A stretch of DNA of 64,000 nucleotides, taken from positions 31,062,001 to 31,126,000 of the forward strand of contig OX597827.1 in NCBI GenBank assembly GCA_951406725.2, written 5' to 3'. The stretch comes from Octopus vulgaris. Its lineage: Eukaryota. The translations under genes were made by a program, and so were the position numbers. The notes beneath the pieces were generated by a model that saw nothing but the letters and a program-made list of their open reading frames with translations, was not told the origin of the DNA and ran no database searches. Below, in pieces: positions 25,701 to 39,900 of this stretch (the first letter of the stretch is position 1; each line of letters begins with the position of its first letter).

Positions 25701-26759
25701 AGGTGAATGTATATGAAAGATTCAGTTTAAAAAGGAATAAAATAGTAGATAGAAGAATGCAGAGAGAATAAAGTTCACATCTTGCAGTGGGTATGGAGGC
25801 TGCTTTGTACTTCTGTGAAGATATAGGCCCTTCAGTATAATCTCAGGCAATATTTTGGCAGTACTTTGAATGTTGTGTTCATGTTAAAAGAGTAGATGAA
25901 AAGGTTAGCTAGTACAAAAATGGTCCAGCAGATGCTTTAATATAAAGAAGCTTAATAGAGGACACTCAGCCAAACCATATCAAGAAGGGATCAAAGCTAT
26001 CAGAGTTCTGTGATGCAAATCATCAAACCATTTCCAACACTAATTTCAGGAAACCAATCTGTAGCCAGATCATCTATGAATCAGGTGATGTAGGTTAGAT
26101 AGATTAATTCTCATCAGAAGGAGTGATAAACAGATGGTTGTGAATAACGAGTCTTACTCTGATGGAGAATGTATCACTCACCACAGACTGAGACAAGAGG
26201 AGGAGGAACAAGATAAACCAAAATATGTCTGTAAAAAATACTACCAGAGTATCTTAGACAGGAGCAAAGTCTGTTCTGCTGCAGTAAAACAGCTGCAATG
26301 AAGTATCCTGGTTCCTGCAAGGATAATACATTAACAGCAAGACTTTCTGGCAATTTGTTATTTTCTTGTTCGTTCATAAAGATATCCCAGCATTCAACTT
26401 ACTGTCTCTTTTGAAAAATGGTAGCAAGCTTTACTTTACTCAAGTGTCTACATCACAGAAAGCACAAAATCCAAAGGAAACAATTCTCAGAGCATTTTTT
26501 TTGAAGCTGTGCCAATATGATCCATTTCAAAATAAAAATGTTGCTGTACCATTAGGTTCTGTCTTACTAAATATGAAATAACAAGCAATTGGGAGGAAGA
26601 AAGCAAGGTGACCCTATCAAATGCCAACTTGATAGTGCCAATGGAAGAGAATATAATGTACACACCAGTCAACATGAAGGCTCTTTTCATCACTTCTTTA
26701 TAAAGTGCAAAGTTTAAATTCATTTCAAGATCTTCATTCAGTTAGTTACAAAGTTTGCA

Positions 26760-28500
26760 AGTTTGCACCACCTGAAGAAGACATATGCTTTATATTTGGA
26801 TTGTGGGAGAATGATATCCAGTGGAATATGACATAATCAGAATTTTCTGAATTCCAAAGTACCAAGAATCTTTGAGTTCGTTTCACTGTGCTGTTAAAAC
26901 ATTGTGAACCATCAAATCTACTTCATCTTTGGATCAATTATCATGATGATCTTGCTGAAGATTTCAAGTATCATGTTCAACATATGTACTACAGCATGAA
27001 AATAGGGACCACAGATGAAATCTACAAGGCAGCTTTCATCAACCAAGAATGTCAAAAATATAACTTCCCACAATCTAACCACACCAAAGTCTAGTAACAA
27101 AAATTTTGAAATGAAATCCTGATATAATGTCAGCACATTAATAGAATATGATGATGGCAATGAATCTAAACTCCCTGATATCTAAAGAACAATCTAGTCT
27201 GTTCCTTTTGACAGAATTTGGCAATGAGAAGCTGGAATTTCCTTCCTTGATGTTTGTGGTGCAACCGTAAAATTATTCATGATCAGCCAATCACTTGTCA
27301 AAGAATGTTGACATAAAGACATAGTCATTGCAGTTGATTCTTCAAGTATTGATACCAAGCTCCTTCCTGGATCCCATACAACAAATTCCTCTTGGAATTG
27401 AACACAAATGTTACACCTGTTTGTAATACTGCTAAAAATTTGAGAACTGGACAAGTTTTGAAAAGATACTAAGTAACAGTCTAGGATGTATGCACAATGG
27501 TGCACACATAGTGCTCAGGAGGCCTAAAGTAGGACATTCCAAGACTTGTATGAGAATGGCTCTCAAATGGGAGGAATAGCATTGGCACTAGCGTCAGGTG
27601 ACTTTTGCCAAATCCTGCCACTGATCCCCAAAGGATCAAAAGCCTTGTCATCGCTTTGGATGTAAGTTAAGATCTTCCAAATGTTTACCAGCAGGAGTGT
27701 CCATCACTTTGGAGACCAGTGGGGAAGGGAATGCTTCCTTCCTTCTTTGATGGGGCGATGAACCCAGCCCCTATAAACACAGTGGTTAAGATAGCAGAAG
27801 AATTGATATCAAATATATTCTTCAACTTGCAACATCATTAATTAAACACAAGTGGTTGTATGAGAGAGAAAATGTTTCAGTCTTAATGGAAGTTGTTGCA
27901 GGCACTTCCAGGAAATAGACATAGGTACAAATCAATACCCACAAATCAATATCTACAAATCAATAGACAGTGTTGTGGATCAAAAAGAACTAATTTCCCT
28001 AACCTGAAGGGTTTTTTTACAAATTCATCAACTACCACACAGACTTCAGTTAAAAAAATAACAAAATACGAGATCTACAGAAATGTTGCTGTGAAATTTA
28101 GATCAGCGACATTGATGCAATGGCACAAGACTAATTGTTAAGAACTTCCTGCTACATGCTATCAAGACTACTATTTTCACTGGATGATGATGTAATAATA
28201 TTTAGAAGATGATAAAGGAGATGATGTAAAAATATTTAGAATTCCACTCAATCCAACAGATATGTCCCTCCAATTTACAAGAAAACTGCAGTTTCCAGAA
28301 TGACCAAGTTTGACTATGTTAATTTATAAATCCTAATAATAAACATTAATTGTTGCTAGACTCCATTTTGAAGAATCCTGCTTTGTTCATGGCCAATTTT
28401 ATGTAGAATGCTCAATAAAGTTAGAAGTTCCCATTATATATATAATTTGTTTTGCTCCTGTATGTCAAACTTAACATATTGAGTATCCTCAGGTACTGAA
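26760..28500 (+). pseudogene. Heavily degraded Helitron Rep/Pif1-helicase remnant
   Basis: LLKHCEPSNLLHLW..DLAEDF, FLDVCGATVKLF (decayed Walker A), SGDFCQILPLIPKG, LQFP, CFVHGQFYVECS. Confidence 0.75.
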
Positions 28501-28950
28501 CTGGCAATGTTCAGAATAACCAAAATGCTAAGTACAGATCTGATATATATACTGGGGTTTATCACATTTATTAATATCACTTCTTTATCACTACATGTAG
28601 AAATTCATGTTGATCTAAGAAATGTAACTTATGCATAGCTGAAAGATCATACATTCTGTTTAGATCCAAGAATTTCACTACACTACTAATTCCCATATTT
28701 GAAATTTTCAGAAAATGCAAACATATGGACAAATTTCTTTTGTCAAACTGGAGGATTGCATAACTCTATGGATTGTAGACTTTGGAGCTCTCTCCATTGA
28801 ATTATTCTACAACTGGTTAGTTATGGCTTCTTTGGTCAAAGGAGACATAACTCTAAATTGCTTTCCTCCTTTCTTTTCCTGTTTTTATTCACCCTTTGCC
28901 TTATTCCATTTTCTAGTATCAATGTTCTTCCCATTTTTTCTTGTGGTTTG

Positions 28951-28965
28951 TCATGCACCAACATC
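28951..28965 (-). CDS. Alternative candidate terminal exon (DVGA*) with about 400-nt 3' UTR
   Basis: TTCAG acceptor, phase 0, non-repetitive downstream sequence, AATAAA at 28572-28567. Confidence 0.3.
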   Translation of the reverse strand, partial: DVGA

Positions 28966-29712
28966 CTGAATTTCGAATAGAACAAACCATATGCTCAGTG
29001 CCTGCAAACTGCTTGGAGATAAAAGACATGTTATGAAATCTGCCTAGCCAGGTGTGTTTGCAGCAAGAAACTGTTAGTAGCTTTACATCATTAACTGATT
29101 TTATATACACACTCATCGTTCACTCTTTTACTTGTTTTAGTCATTTGACTGCAGCCATATTGGAGCACATACATATATATATATATATTAATAAATGAAA
29201 TAAAACATATGCATATATATAAACATATATGTACGTACCTACCTCTACATGTACATATACACGCATATATGAGTACAGGACACCAAAGGGACGTCGAACA
29301 CAAAGAGAAACGAAAACATAGACACAAACCAAAGGAACTGGACATTTTTTTAAAAACAACAAAAAATGGAGTACAGGACGATTAACACAAAGAAAAAACC
29401 CCTTCTTCAGTCGCTATGGTTTCATCTACTCTACGTTTCGAAGGATATATGTATATATATATATACACATATATATATTTTTCTTTTTATTTTCCCCTTA
29501 CATTTCCACGTGTAGTTTCTATTTTCTTTTTGTAACATATTTCTATTATATATATAAATATATATATATATATATTCAAACACACACACACATATGTATA
29601 GATATATATATATATAAAGTTAATCCAAACAAGAAAACAAAAAGACAACAACGCGAGGATGTGGAACAATTAAAGTATTATTGGGCGCTCAGGAAAAAAG
29701 GGAAGAAGAAGG

Positions 29713-29747
29713 GTATGACGTTTCGAGCGGAGCTCTTCGTCGGAAAC
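29713..29747 (-). ncRNA. Hammerhead-like variant (CCGACGA core) in PLE-type pLTR fragment
   Basis: GTTT-CCGACGA-A-GAGC-TCC-GCTC-GAAA-CG-TC-ATAC. Confidence 0.5.
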
Positions 29748-29899
29748 ATAGGAGAAAGAAAGATCCCGAGGTGGGAGGACAGAGGGAAAAAAAATGCAAG
29801 TGGTCTTCACGAGGTCAACATACTGAAAAGGCGGAAGTAGTAAACAAGAGGGTGCAGGTTTTCAAAGACAAGAGAGCAGAAAAAGAAGGAAGGTAAACA

Positions 29900-32038
29900 A
29901 CAGTGTGCGAGATGACAAGGGTGTGTGTGTGAGTGTGTGCGTGTGTGTGTATATGGTGAGTGAAGGCAACGGCAAACAGCAGTAGCAACGGTGTGCGAGA
30001 TGACAAGGGTGTGTGTGTGAGTGTGTGCGTGTGTGTGTATGTGTGTATATGGTGGGCGAAGGCTAGCGAGTCACAGGTCAGAAACAAGAATGAATGTGTG
30101 TGTGCGTGTATATGTTTCGTGTGTGTGTTTAGTTGTAGTATGTGTGTGTACGTGTGCGTTTTTTTGTGTGTATGGCGAGTAACTGTGCTTAACTAAGTGT
30201 ATGTGTGGGTGTGTGTGTGTGCTTATATGTGCGTATATGTATAACTGTGTGCATGTATGTATGTGTGCGTGCGTATGTGTGCGCATGTTTTGGTGTGCGT
30301 ATGTATGTGTGTGTCTGTGCTTATATGTGTGTACGTATGTGTATGTGTGCATGCGCGTGGAGGTATATGTTGTGTGTATGTACGTGTCGGTGTGTATGTG
30401 AATTCGTGTGTGTTTGTACGTGTGTAAGTGTGTGTGCGTGTATTGTATATATATATGTAAATGTGTGTGTGTGAGTGCATGGGAGTGAATGTATGTATGT
30501 ATGTGCGTGTGTGTACAAAATGTAGGGGTATTATATGTGTGTTTATATGTTTATGTGAGTGTATATACATTTGCGTCAGAAATTAATTAGCACTTCTCAA
30601 ATTTCTACATTAAATAGGTTAAATCAATTAACCTATGAGCTGTTCAAAACGTCTTACACGATGAGAAAACTTAGTATGGTGTGATTTCGGTCCTTGCGAG
30701 GCGCTACCTATATTTATTAAACAAAGGAAGATTTGTCTGCATCCGCACTCCAAGTTGTTGTTGCACTGCTATGTCAACATCATAAGGCTGTAGACTCTCA
30801 AACTGCTCTGCAAACAAAGTTACGTCATCGTTCTGCGCAACAGTGAACTCGCAACAAAGCAATAGTTCGAGATATGGCCACTAGGTGACAGCACATACCT
30901 TGAGTGAAGAGCAAATCAAGGGTGCTAATTAATTTCTGACGGTAGTGTATATGCATGCAAGGAAACACTTCGCAACTGAAGGAATGATGGAAAATACTCC
31001 TGCAGTGACAGGCATAAGAGAAACCCCAGGCACAACGCGCCGGCCCAGACAGGAATCCGAGATATAGCCAGAACCCACAGGCGTGCGTGCATGCATGTAT
31101 GTATGTGTGCGTGCACGCGTGCATGCATGTGTGTGCGCGTGCATGCGAGTGTGTGTGTAGGTATGTGTGTGTATGTGTGTATGTGTGAGTGTGTATGTCT
31201 GTGTGTATGTGTGTCCGTATGAGTGTATGTAAGTATGTGTGTGTGTATATGTGTGTGTGTGTATGTATGTATGTGTGTGTATGTGTGTGTGTATGTATGT
31301 ATATGTGTATGTGTGGAAGTGTGTGTATGTATGTATGTATGTGTGTGTGTATGTATGTATACGTGTGTGTGTGTGTGTATGTATGTGTGCATGCGTGTAT
31401 GTGTGTGTATGAATGCATGTGCATATGTATGTGTGTGTGCATGTGTGTAAGTATATGTGTATGTGCGTATATGTGTGTGTGTATGTATGTGTGTGTGTAT
31501 GTATGTGTGTAGGCGTGTGTGTATAAGTGTATGTGTGTATGTATGTGTGTATGTATGTATGGGTGTGTGTCTGTGTATGTTTGTGTGTGTGTGTATGTAT
31601 GTATGTATGAGTGAAGGTATGAATGTATGTAAGTATGTGTGTGTACGTATGTAATGTATGTATGCGTGTGTGTGTGTGTATGTATGCGTGTGCGTGTGTA
31701 TGTAGGTGTGTATGTATGTATGTATGTGGGAGTGTAGGTGTGTGTGTGTGTGTATGTATGTGTGTGCGTGTGTATGTGGGTGTGTATGTATGTGTGTGTG
31801 AGTGTATGGGTGTATGTCTGTGTGTATGTATGTCTTGTGTATGTATGTGTATGTGTGTATGTATGTGTGTGGGTATGTGTGTGTGTGTGTATGTGTGTGC
31901 GTGTATGTATGTATGTAGGTGTGCGTGCGTGCATGCATGCATGTGTGTGTGTATACACGCACACACACACACGACGCACGCCCACACACACACGACGCAC
32001 GCCCACACACATACATACACATACATATATATACATAT

Positions 32039-32073
<35 letters not shown>

Positions 32074-32075
32074 CA
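29900..32075. repeat. Degenerate (TG)n/(TATG)n low-complexity tracts
   Basis: Direct inspection. Interrupted by a Tc1-like MITE at 30575-30947 with CGTCAGAAATTAATTAGCAC inverted ends. Confidence 0.9.
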
Positions 32076-32078
32076 TGT

Positions 32079-32382
32079 GGAGGCGCGCAATGGCTCAGTG
32101 GTTAGGGTAGCGGACTCACGGTCATAGGATCGTGGTTTAAATTCCCAGACCGGGCGTTGTGAGTGTTTATTGAGTGAAAACACCTAAAACTCCACGAGGC
32201 TCTGGCAGGGGCTGGTGGCGATCCCTGCTGTACTCTTTCGCCACAACTTTCTCTCACTCTTTCTTCTGTTGGCCTGCTTGCTTAGCCATCGGGGTGGCGT
32301 CGTTTGAAGGCTAAAACAATGCGAAGCGCATTTTGACCAGCGATGTGTAGCAACATCTGATAGCCTGGTCAGTCACGGTGAT
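32079..32382 (+). mobile_element. tRNA-derived SINE, family B
   Basis: A box TGGCTCAGTGG and degenerate B box GGTTTAAATTCC. A related head occurs at 57774-57840. Confidence 0.7.
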
Positions 32383-33370
32383 ATATATATATATACACAT
32401 ATATACACACACACACATATATACATACATATACATATCCATTCATATATATCTGCTTGTGTGTGCGTATGCAGAATTATATGTGTGTGTTTGAGTCCTT
32501 GTCTTAACATTTCCTGATAGTTGTAAATGACAAGCAGTGTCCTTCATTTCTTTCCGACAACATATCAGATAATGACCTGCATACAGCTGCCTTATGATCT
32601 GGAGTTAATATAATAATGATGTTTTGCATAATGACATAGATGTTGTATGTCTTACATAACTCGATGTCCAACATTACCCCATAAAATCTCCAAATGAAAC
32701 ATTGCAACGAGACCCTGTAATCCATTTGTCTGTATTTTTATTATTATATGATGCCATGCTGAAAGTTCCACTTGATCTAAGATACCCATGGATTTGCAGC
32801 TTACCAGACACCAGCGGTCTTCCCTTCATTGATGAACACTTTACAAATGGAATGGATTGTTTACCGTAGGCATAGGAGTGACTGTGTGGTATGTAGCTTG
32901 CTTACCAACCACATGGTTCCGGGTTCAGTCCCACTGCGTGGCACCTTGGGCAAGTGTCTTCTACTATAGCCTTGGGCCGACCAAAGCCTTGTGGGTGGAT
33001 TTGGTAGATGGAAACTGAAAGAAGCCTGTCTATATATGTATGTATGTGTATATGTATGTGTGTCTGTGTTTGTCTCCCCAACATCACTTGACAACCAATG
33101 CTGGTGTGTTTACGTCCCCGTAACCTAGCAATTTGGCAAAAGAGACCGATAGAATAAGTACTAGGCTTACAAAGAATAAGTCCTGGGGTCGATTTGATCA
33201 ACAAAGAGGTGGTGCTCCAGCATGGCTGCAGTCAAATGACTGAAACAAGTAAAATTGTAAAAGAGTATTGATCTGAGTCATACTGTCAAACCATCAGGGT
33301 GTGCTTCACTTTGATATGCTTTGGTCTTTAAATAGATCCCCTTCAATCACTATATATATATATATATATA

Positions 33371-33707
33371 CAATTTCAGCGTGGAAGGTGTTTATAAGCC
33401 ATTTAAGAAACACACAAAAGCCGTTCGATTCACTTCAACATTTAAGTTTAATTTGTCAAAATATTTTCGTCGCTAAAATCCGCGACCTGTTCACTGACAA
33501 AGTCCGTGCTGCATCACGGACTTTGTCAGTGAACAGGTCGCGGATTTTAGCGACGAAAATATTTTGACAAATTAAACTTAAATGTTGAAGTGAATCGAAC
33601 GGCTTTTGTGTGTTTCTTAAATGGCTTATAAACACCTTCCACGCTGCAATTGTTTTCGTTTCAGCACACGATCTCAGATCAAATTACTTGCTATGCGAGA
33701 ACATCTC
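33371..33707. mobile_element. Near-perfect fold-back insert (about 140-bp arms) carrying two variant hammerheads
   Basis: 33371-33508 is the inverse of 33515-33652. It is TA-flanked, with a second family member at 52501-52792. Confidence 0.85.
33522..33571 (+). ncRNA. Hammerhead variant with G3/C8 core (GUGAACA); mirror copy at 33452-33501 (minus)
   Basis: TTTGTCA-GTGAACA-G-GTCGC-GGATTTTA-GCGAC-GAAA-ATAT-TT-TGACAAA. Confidence 0.7.
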
Positions 33708-33911
33708 TCTCTCTATATATATATATGAATATCCTGTAGATAATAATAACAGTATTTTATAAGCTTCAAGCTCATAAGCGATCACCATGCAATGACTAAA
33801 GAAAATAGTTTAACAATGGGGCATATAAGCCCTCGAAGGATAAAAGTAGGTTTTATCCACACTATTATTATTATTTACAGAATTGTAAAAATTGACACAA
33901 ACCATTGCAGT

Positions 33912-33970
<59 letters not shown>

Positions 33971-34611
33971 TTTCACATCACCATTTTGTGAAATCAGTCA
34001 CTGATTCCTACGGCATTCTCTATAATATTGACAGGTGTAAGTTAGCCACCACCTGCCGTAATGGAGTGAGCATTAGTGATGAGTATTAATTTCCTACATG
34101 AAATTAGTATGTTAATCAAATGCATCTCACTTACGGAGTGAAGTCTTGTCTCCCCTGTCAATACAAAGTGACCACATACTTTCTGTGGCTAAAGCATCTA
34201 TGACTCCTATTTCTAGCAATGCTGGTGCTCACTGCACCCTTGTCACTCTTTAGAGATGGGGAATCATTTCCTTGTCGGTTTTAAATTGCTGATAGTCGCT
34301 CTATCATACTTGAACCTCTCACCTGACACACAGTTATTTCTCTTGGTTCCACTTCCTCTCTCAGCGGAGAGCTTTTTGTTTTGCCACCTATTTCTTGACT
34401 ACACTAATGCTGGTGCTGGTGCCATGTAAAAAGCACCCAGTACACTCTGTAAGGTGGTTGGCATTTGCTGAAACAGACAATTGGTGCCTGGTGCAGCTTT
34501 TTGGTTTTCCAACTCTAGTCAAGCTGTCCAGCCCACGCCAGCATGGAAAATGGATGTTAAATGATAATGATACTGCTGCTGCTGATGATGATATAGATAT
34601 ATAAACTTATA

Positions 34612-34991
<380 letters not shown>

Positions 34992-36903
34992 GTATATATA
35001 TATAGATATATATATTACTCTTTCTCTCTTTTACTTGTTTCAGTCATTTGACTGCAGCCATGCTGGAGCACCGCCCTTAGTCAAGCAAATCGACCCCGGG
35101 ACTTATTCTTTGTAAGCCCAGTACTTATTCTATCAGTCTCTTTTGCCGAACCGCTAAGTGACGGGGACGTAAACACACCAGCATCAGTTGTCAAGCAATG
35201 CTAGGGGGACAAACAAAGACACACAAACATACACACACATACATATATATACGACAGGCTTCTTTCAGTTTCCGTCTACCAAATCCACTCACAAGGCATT
35301 GGTTGGACCGAGGCTATAGCAGAAGACACTTGCCCAAGGTGCCACGCAGTGGGACTGAACCCGGAACCATGTGGTTGGTAAGCAAGCTACATACCACACA
35401 GCCACTCCTGCACCTATATATATGTTTATAAATTAAACAAGCTTTTAGATCAGTTCAAATATGGCTTTATTAAGAACCAAATATGTCCCAATCATATTTG
35501 AGCTGAACTAAAATCTTGTTTAAATCCCATCATTGCTTTTATACTATAATACATTGTTCCAGCCTGATGGCATTGCACATAATCAGCAGACAGTTCAGTC
35601 CCACCGCATGGCACTTTGGGCAAATGTCTTCTACTATAGTCTTGGGTCAACCAAAGACTTGTGAGTGGATATGGTAGACGGAAATTGAAAGAAGCCTGTC
35701 GTATATACTTATATATATATATATATATAGATAGATAGATAGACAGATATGTGTGTGTGTGTGTGCATATCTATGTGTGTTTGTCTCCGCTATCACTGCT
35801 AGACAACTAGCATTGGTGTGTTTACGTAGCAGTTTGGCAAAAGAGATTGATAGAATAAATAAGTCCTGGGGGTCAATTTGCTTGACTGCAAAACCCTTCA
35901 AAAACAAATGCCTTCTAAAGTCATTTCAGAGTTGCCTCCCTTTTAGTCACCGGTGCTTATGAGAGCAAAGTAGCTTGAAATAAATTCATCAGTCTAGAAA
36001 GGGTTCATTGAAATGACTGTTGGTATTTTGATGTTTTAACACATGTTGCCTAAAGGCAGAATTTTCTCCATGGCAAACTGCAGTGAAAATGGCCATTGTA
36101 CAAATCAAATGTACCCCAAACCAAAAATATTCCAACGGATCTAAAAGTCTGTTTAATTCACAGTACTGTTTTCACGTACCTATTAAGGCATAAAAACCAT
36201 GTCAGACCTCACATGGAGCATGATAGCAGTTCACTGGATTCTGTCAAACTGTCCAACCCATGCCAGTATGGAAAAGTGGATACTAAATGATGATGTTGAC
36301 GATGATATATATATTATTTTACTTCTTTCAGTCAACACACTGTGGCCATCCTGGAGCATCTCTTGGAGGGTTTTTCAGTCAAGCAAATTGACCACAGGAC
36401 ATATATTCTTAAGCCTAGTATTTCTATTGATCTTTAAATTGATTGATTCTATTGATCTTTAATTCTTTAAATTCTTCCTCTGAGCAAGGAGCTGGTTTCT
36501 AACAAAGGAACAACACTCCATCATTGCGAATGTAGATAACAAAAACAATGTCATGTTCTAAACTTGAGAAAAGTCTTGCACATCTCTACTGCTTTACTTA
36601 CAGATTGTATGTATAGGTGTGTGTGTGTGTGTCTCTATCCATCGAGAGAAAAACATCATCTAATATACATAGTATTTAAATATGAGCTGTTATTAATTTC
36701 ATGCTGTGGAAACACAATAAACTGGCAACCTTATACATCAAGCTTTGTGTTTCTATAAGGCTTGATGTATAAGCTTGTCAGTTTATTGTAATTTCACAGC
36801 ATGAAATTAATACTAGTCCATATTTAAATATTGTGTTAATGTGTGTGTGTGTGTGTGTTTGCAATAGATATTTATATATATATGTAAATATCTGTCTGTC
36901 TGC

Positions 36904-36935
<32 letters not shown>

Positions 36936-36998
36936 ATATGTACATATATACATAAAAAATCATATGTATGTATGTATATGTATGTATATATATGTATG

Positions 36999-39900
36999 TG
37001 TTGTGGAAGGATTCCGACCACCCCCATGTGGCTAAAAGTGGACTGAGACATTTCTATTAAATAGACAACTGTCGAGTTGTCAGCAGTTTGTGTTGGTTAG
37101 CAGTTCACTGTGAGCCTTTGATATAGAGCATTGAGTCTTGCGTAATAGTAATAGTAGCACACTGTGTTGATACTTTCATCTCTCCTGCTTCGTTATATTA
37201 TATATCCAATGTAAGGATCTAAAAGTGGTGATGAGTTGTTCAAAGCTTGCATTGGATGTTTAAAAAAGTCTTTTTTTGGTACAAAACCAAAGAAAAATAT
37301 TTAACACAGAGAACATATTGGCCTCTATAGTGCAGTTGCAACAGCAACTACAGCAGCAGCAACAGCAGCAACTACAACAAAACCAACAGTTGCTGGAATT
37401 ATTGCTGAAGAAGTCTAAAAAATACTGCAGGTTCATACCTGTCAGACAGCATAACAAATTCAAATGAAGAATTCAGCTAAATTCCAGAAGGAGGGATTAT
37501 CTTCTCTGCATAGTTTCGTAGATACGAAGAAATCTTCAAAGAAGAGTGTAAAAGTTGGTGTGACAAGAAAACAGCATGAATACTTTAAAGAAAGTCATCC
37601 CCTGCTGAACATGAAAATTAAAAGTAATTATATTCTGCTGAAGAAGCTGAGATTTGTTTCAATGAAACAGTTAATATTTTACTGAACTTTTTCAGTGACA
37701 GAAGTTCCCTGTTCAGTACTTGCTGGCAATGTTTAAATTTGGTCAAAAAAGATGATGAAGATTTTGTCACTTATGCCGGAATGGTTTACAGGAAGTGTGA
37801 GAAATTCAAATTGAATGAGTTAACCCCAGACATGTTCAAGTCTTTAATTTTTGTTCAAGGGTTTACTGCAAACAAAGAAGCAGATACATGCTCCCGGATA
37901 TTAACAAAATTAGAACAGGACCAAAATTTAACTCTGCAGGAAGTAGCAGAAGAATGTCAGAGGATTATTAATCTATGACATGATGCAAATAAAGTTGAAG
38001 AGAAAGATTGTTCTTATATTCGTGCATGTCAACCAGTAACGAATAAAAAAATAGACAAAAAATATCAAGACCAAATCCATGATATGGGTGCGATGGTCTT
38101 CATTTTAAAAATAACTGTCCACTTAAAAATATAAAGTGCTACAAGTGTGGTCAAATTGGCCATAAAAAGTTGCCCTGTAAGACAGAACCTAAAAAATGGT
38201 TCAACAAAAAATATGCAAACAGATTATCAGTGACAAAAAATACAAACGAGCCTCAAAGAAAAATTTGTGTATGTAAAAATTAATAACACAAACGTAAAGT
38301 TACAATTGGATACAGGCAGTAGCATCCCAATAATTAACACAGATACATGGAAACAGATCAGGAGACCTAAATTAAATGAAACCTCAAAAATTGTCTGTGA
38401 TGTTTAAAGAAAAAATTGTATTTTAAAGGCAAATTGACAAGTAACATAACATTTTGTGGAAAAAACCTTAAAGGCTAAAGTTTTTGTGCTAAATAATACA
38501 ACAAGCTTGTTTGGTACTAACTGGATGGAATTGTTTAACTTATGGGACCTCTCCATAAATCTTTTCTGTAAAAGGGTGATTGGTTTTAACTCCAGTACAA
38601 ATAAGTCATCAGACGAATTGAAAAAATTTATAAAAAGTTTTTCCTGAAGTTCTGTCTGATAAATTAGGTCTATGTACGAAAATAAAGACGCAGTTTCAAA
38701 TATAAGAAGACACCATAAGCAAAAATGAATGTACCATTCATAGCATTAGAACAGATAAACTTAGAGAGACTAGAAAAAATTATAGTTATCCAAAAAATGA
38801 ACAGCACCAACTGTGTACATTAAGAAAATGAATAATAAAATCAGAGAGTGCTCCAGTTTTTCCACTGGTTTAAATGAATGTCTTAAAATGTGCCACTATC
38901 CACTACTTACTCTGGAGAATGGTGGCAAGATTTTTTTCTAAATTGGATCTCTCTGACGTGTACCTACAAATTAGAGTAGACGATGAATGCTCTAAATACA
39001 TAACAATTAACACACATAAGGGACTGTATAAATACAACAGGTTCCCATTTGTCTTAAAAGTCGCACCAGCGAATTTTCAACAGATCATTGATGCAATGTT
39101 TGTGGACTATGAATTCACAATTCCTTATCTGGATGATATACTCATTAAAAGCGAATCCAGGGATCAACATGTAGAGCATGTAAAATATGTATTAGAAAAA
39201 ATTAAGGATTACTGCTTTACTTTGAGTGAAGAAAAGTGTGAATTTTTCTTACCGAAAATAAGATATTTAGGACAAATCATTGACAAAAATGGACATTGAC
39301 CATATCTACTGAGGGCATGATGCAATTAAAAATATGCCCACTCCAACTAATATAGCAACCTTACAAGCAGTTTTAGGATTGACAAATTATTAGCAAAATT
39401 ATATTCCAAATATGCAGAAGGTGAGGGCTCCACTGAATAATCTGCTAAAAAAAATATGAAATGGAAAACTGTCAAAAGGCATTTGATGAAATAAAAAAAA
39501 TACTAACATTGGATTTGTTGTTAGCACATTTCAATACTGCCGCAGAGATTGGTGTAGCTTCAGATGCCTCTGAGTATGGTATAAGAGCAGTAATGCTACA
39601 TAAATATAAAGATGGTAACATGAAGGCGATGGTTCATGCCTCATGTTCTCTAATATCAGCAGAGAGGAATAATAGTCAAATCAAAAAAGAAGTTCTAGCG
39701 ATTATTTTTGCCGTGAAAAATTTCACAGATTTTTACATGATAGACGTTCTCATCTACAAACTGCTCACTGTCCATTATTATCAATATTTGGGTTGAAAAA
39801 AGGAATTCCTATCCTTACTGCTAATAGGTTACAAAGCTGGGGTATGACATTATTAAATTATGATTTCAAGATGGAGTTTATACCATCCAAGAAACTAGGT

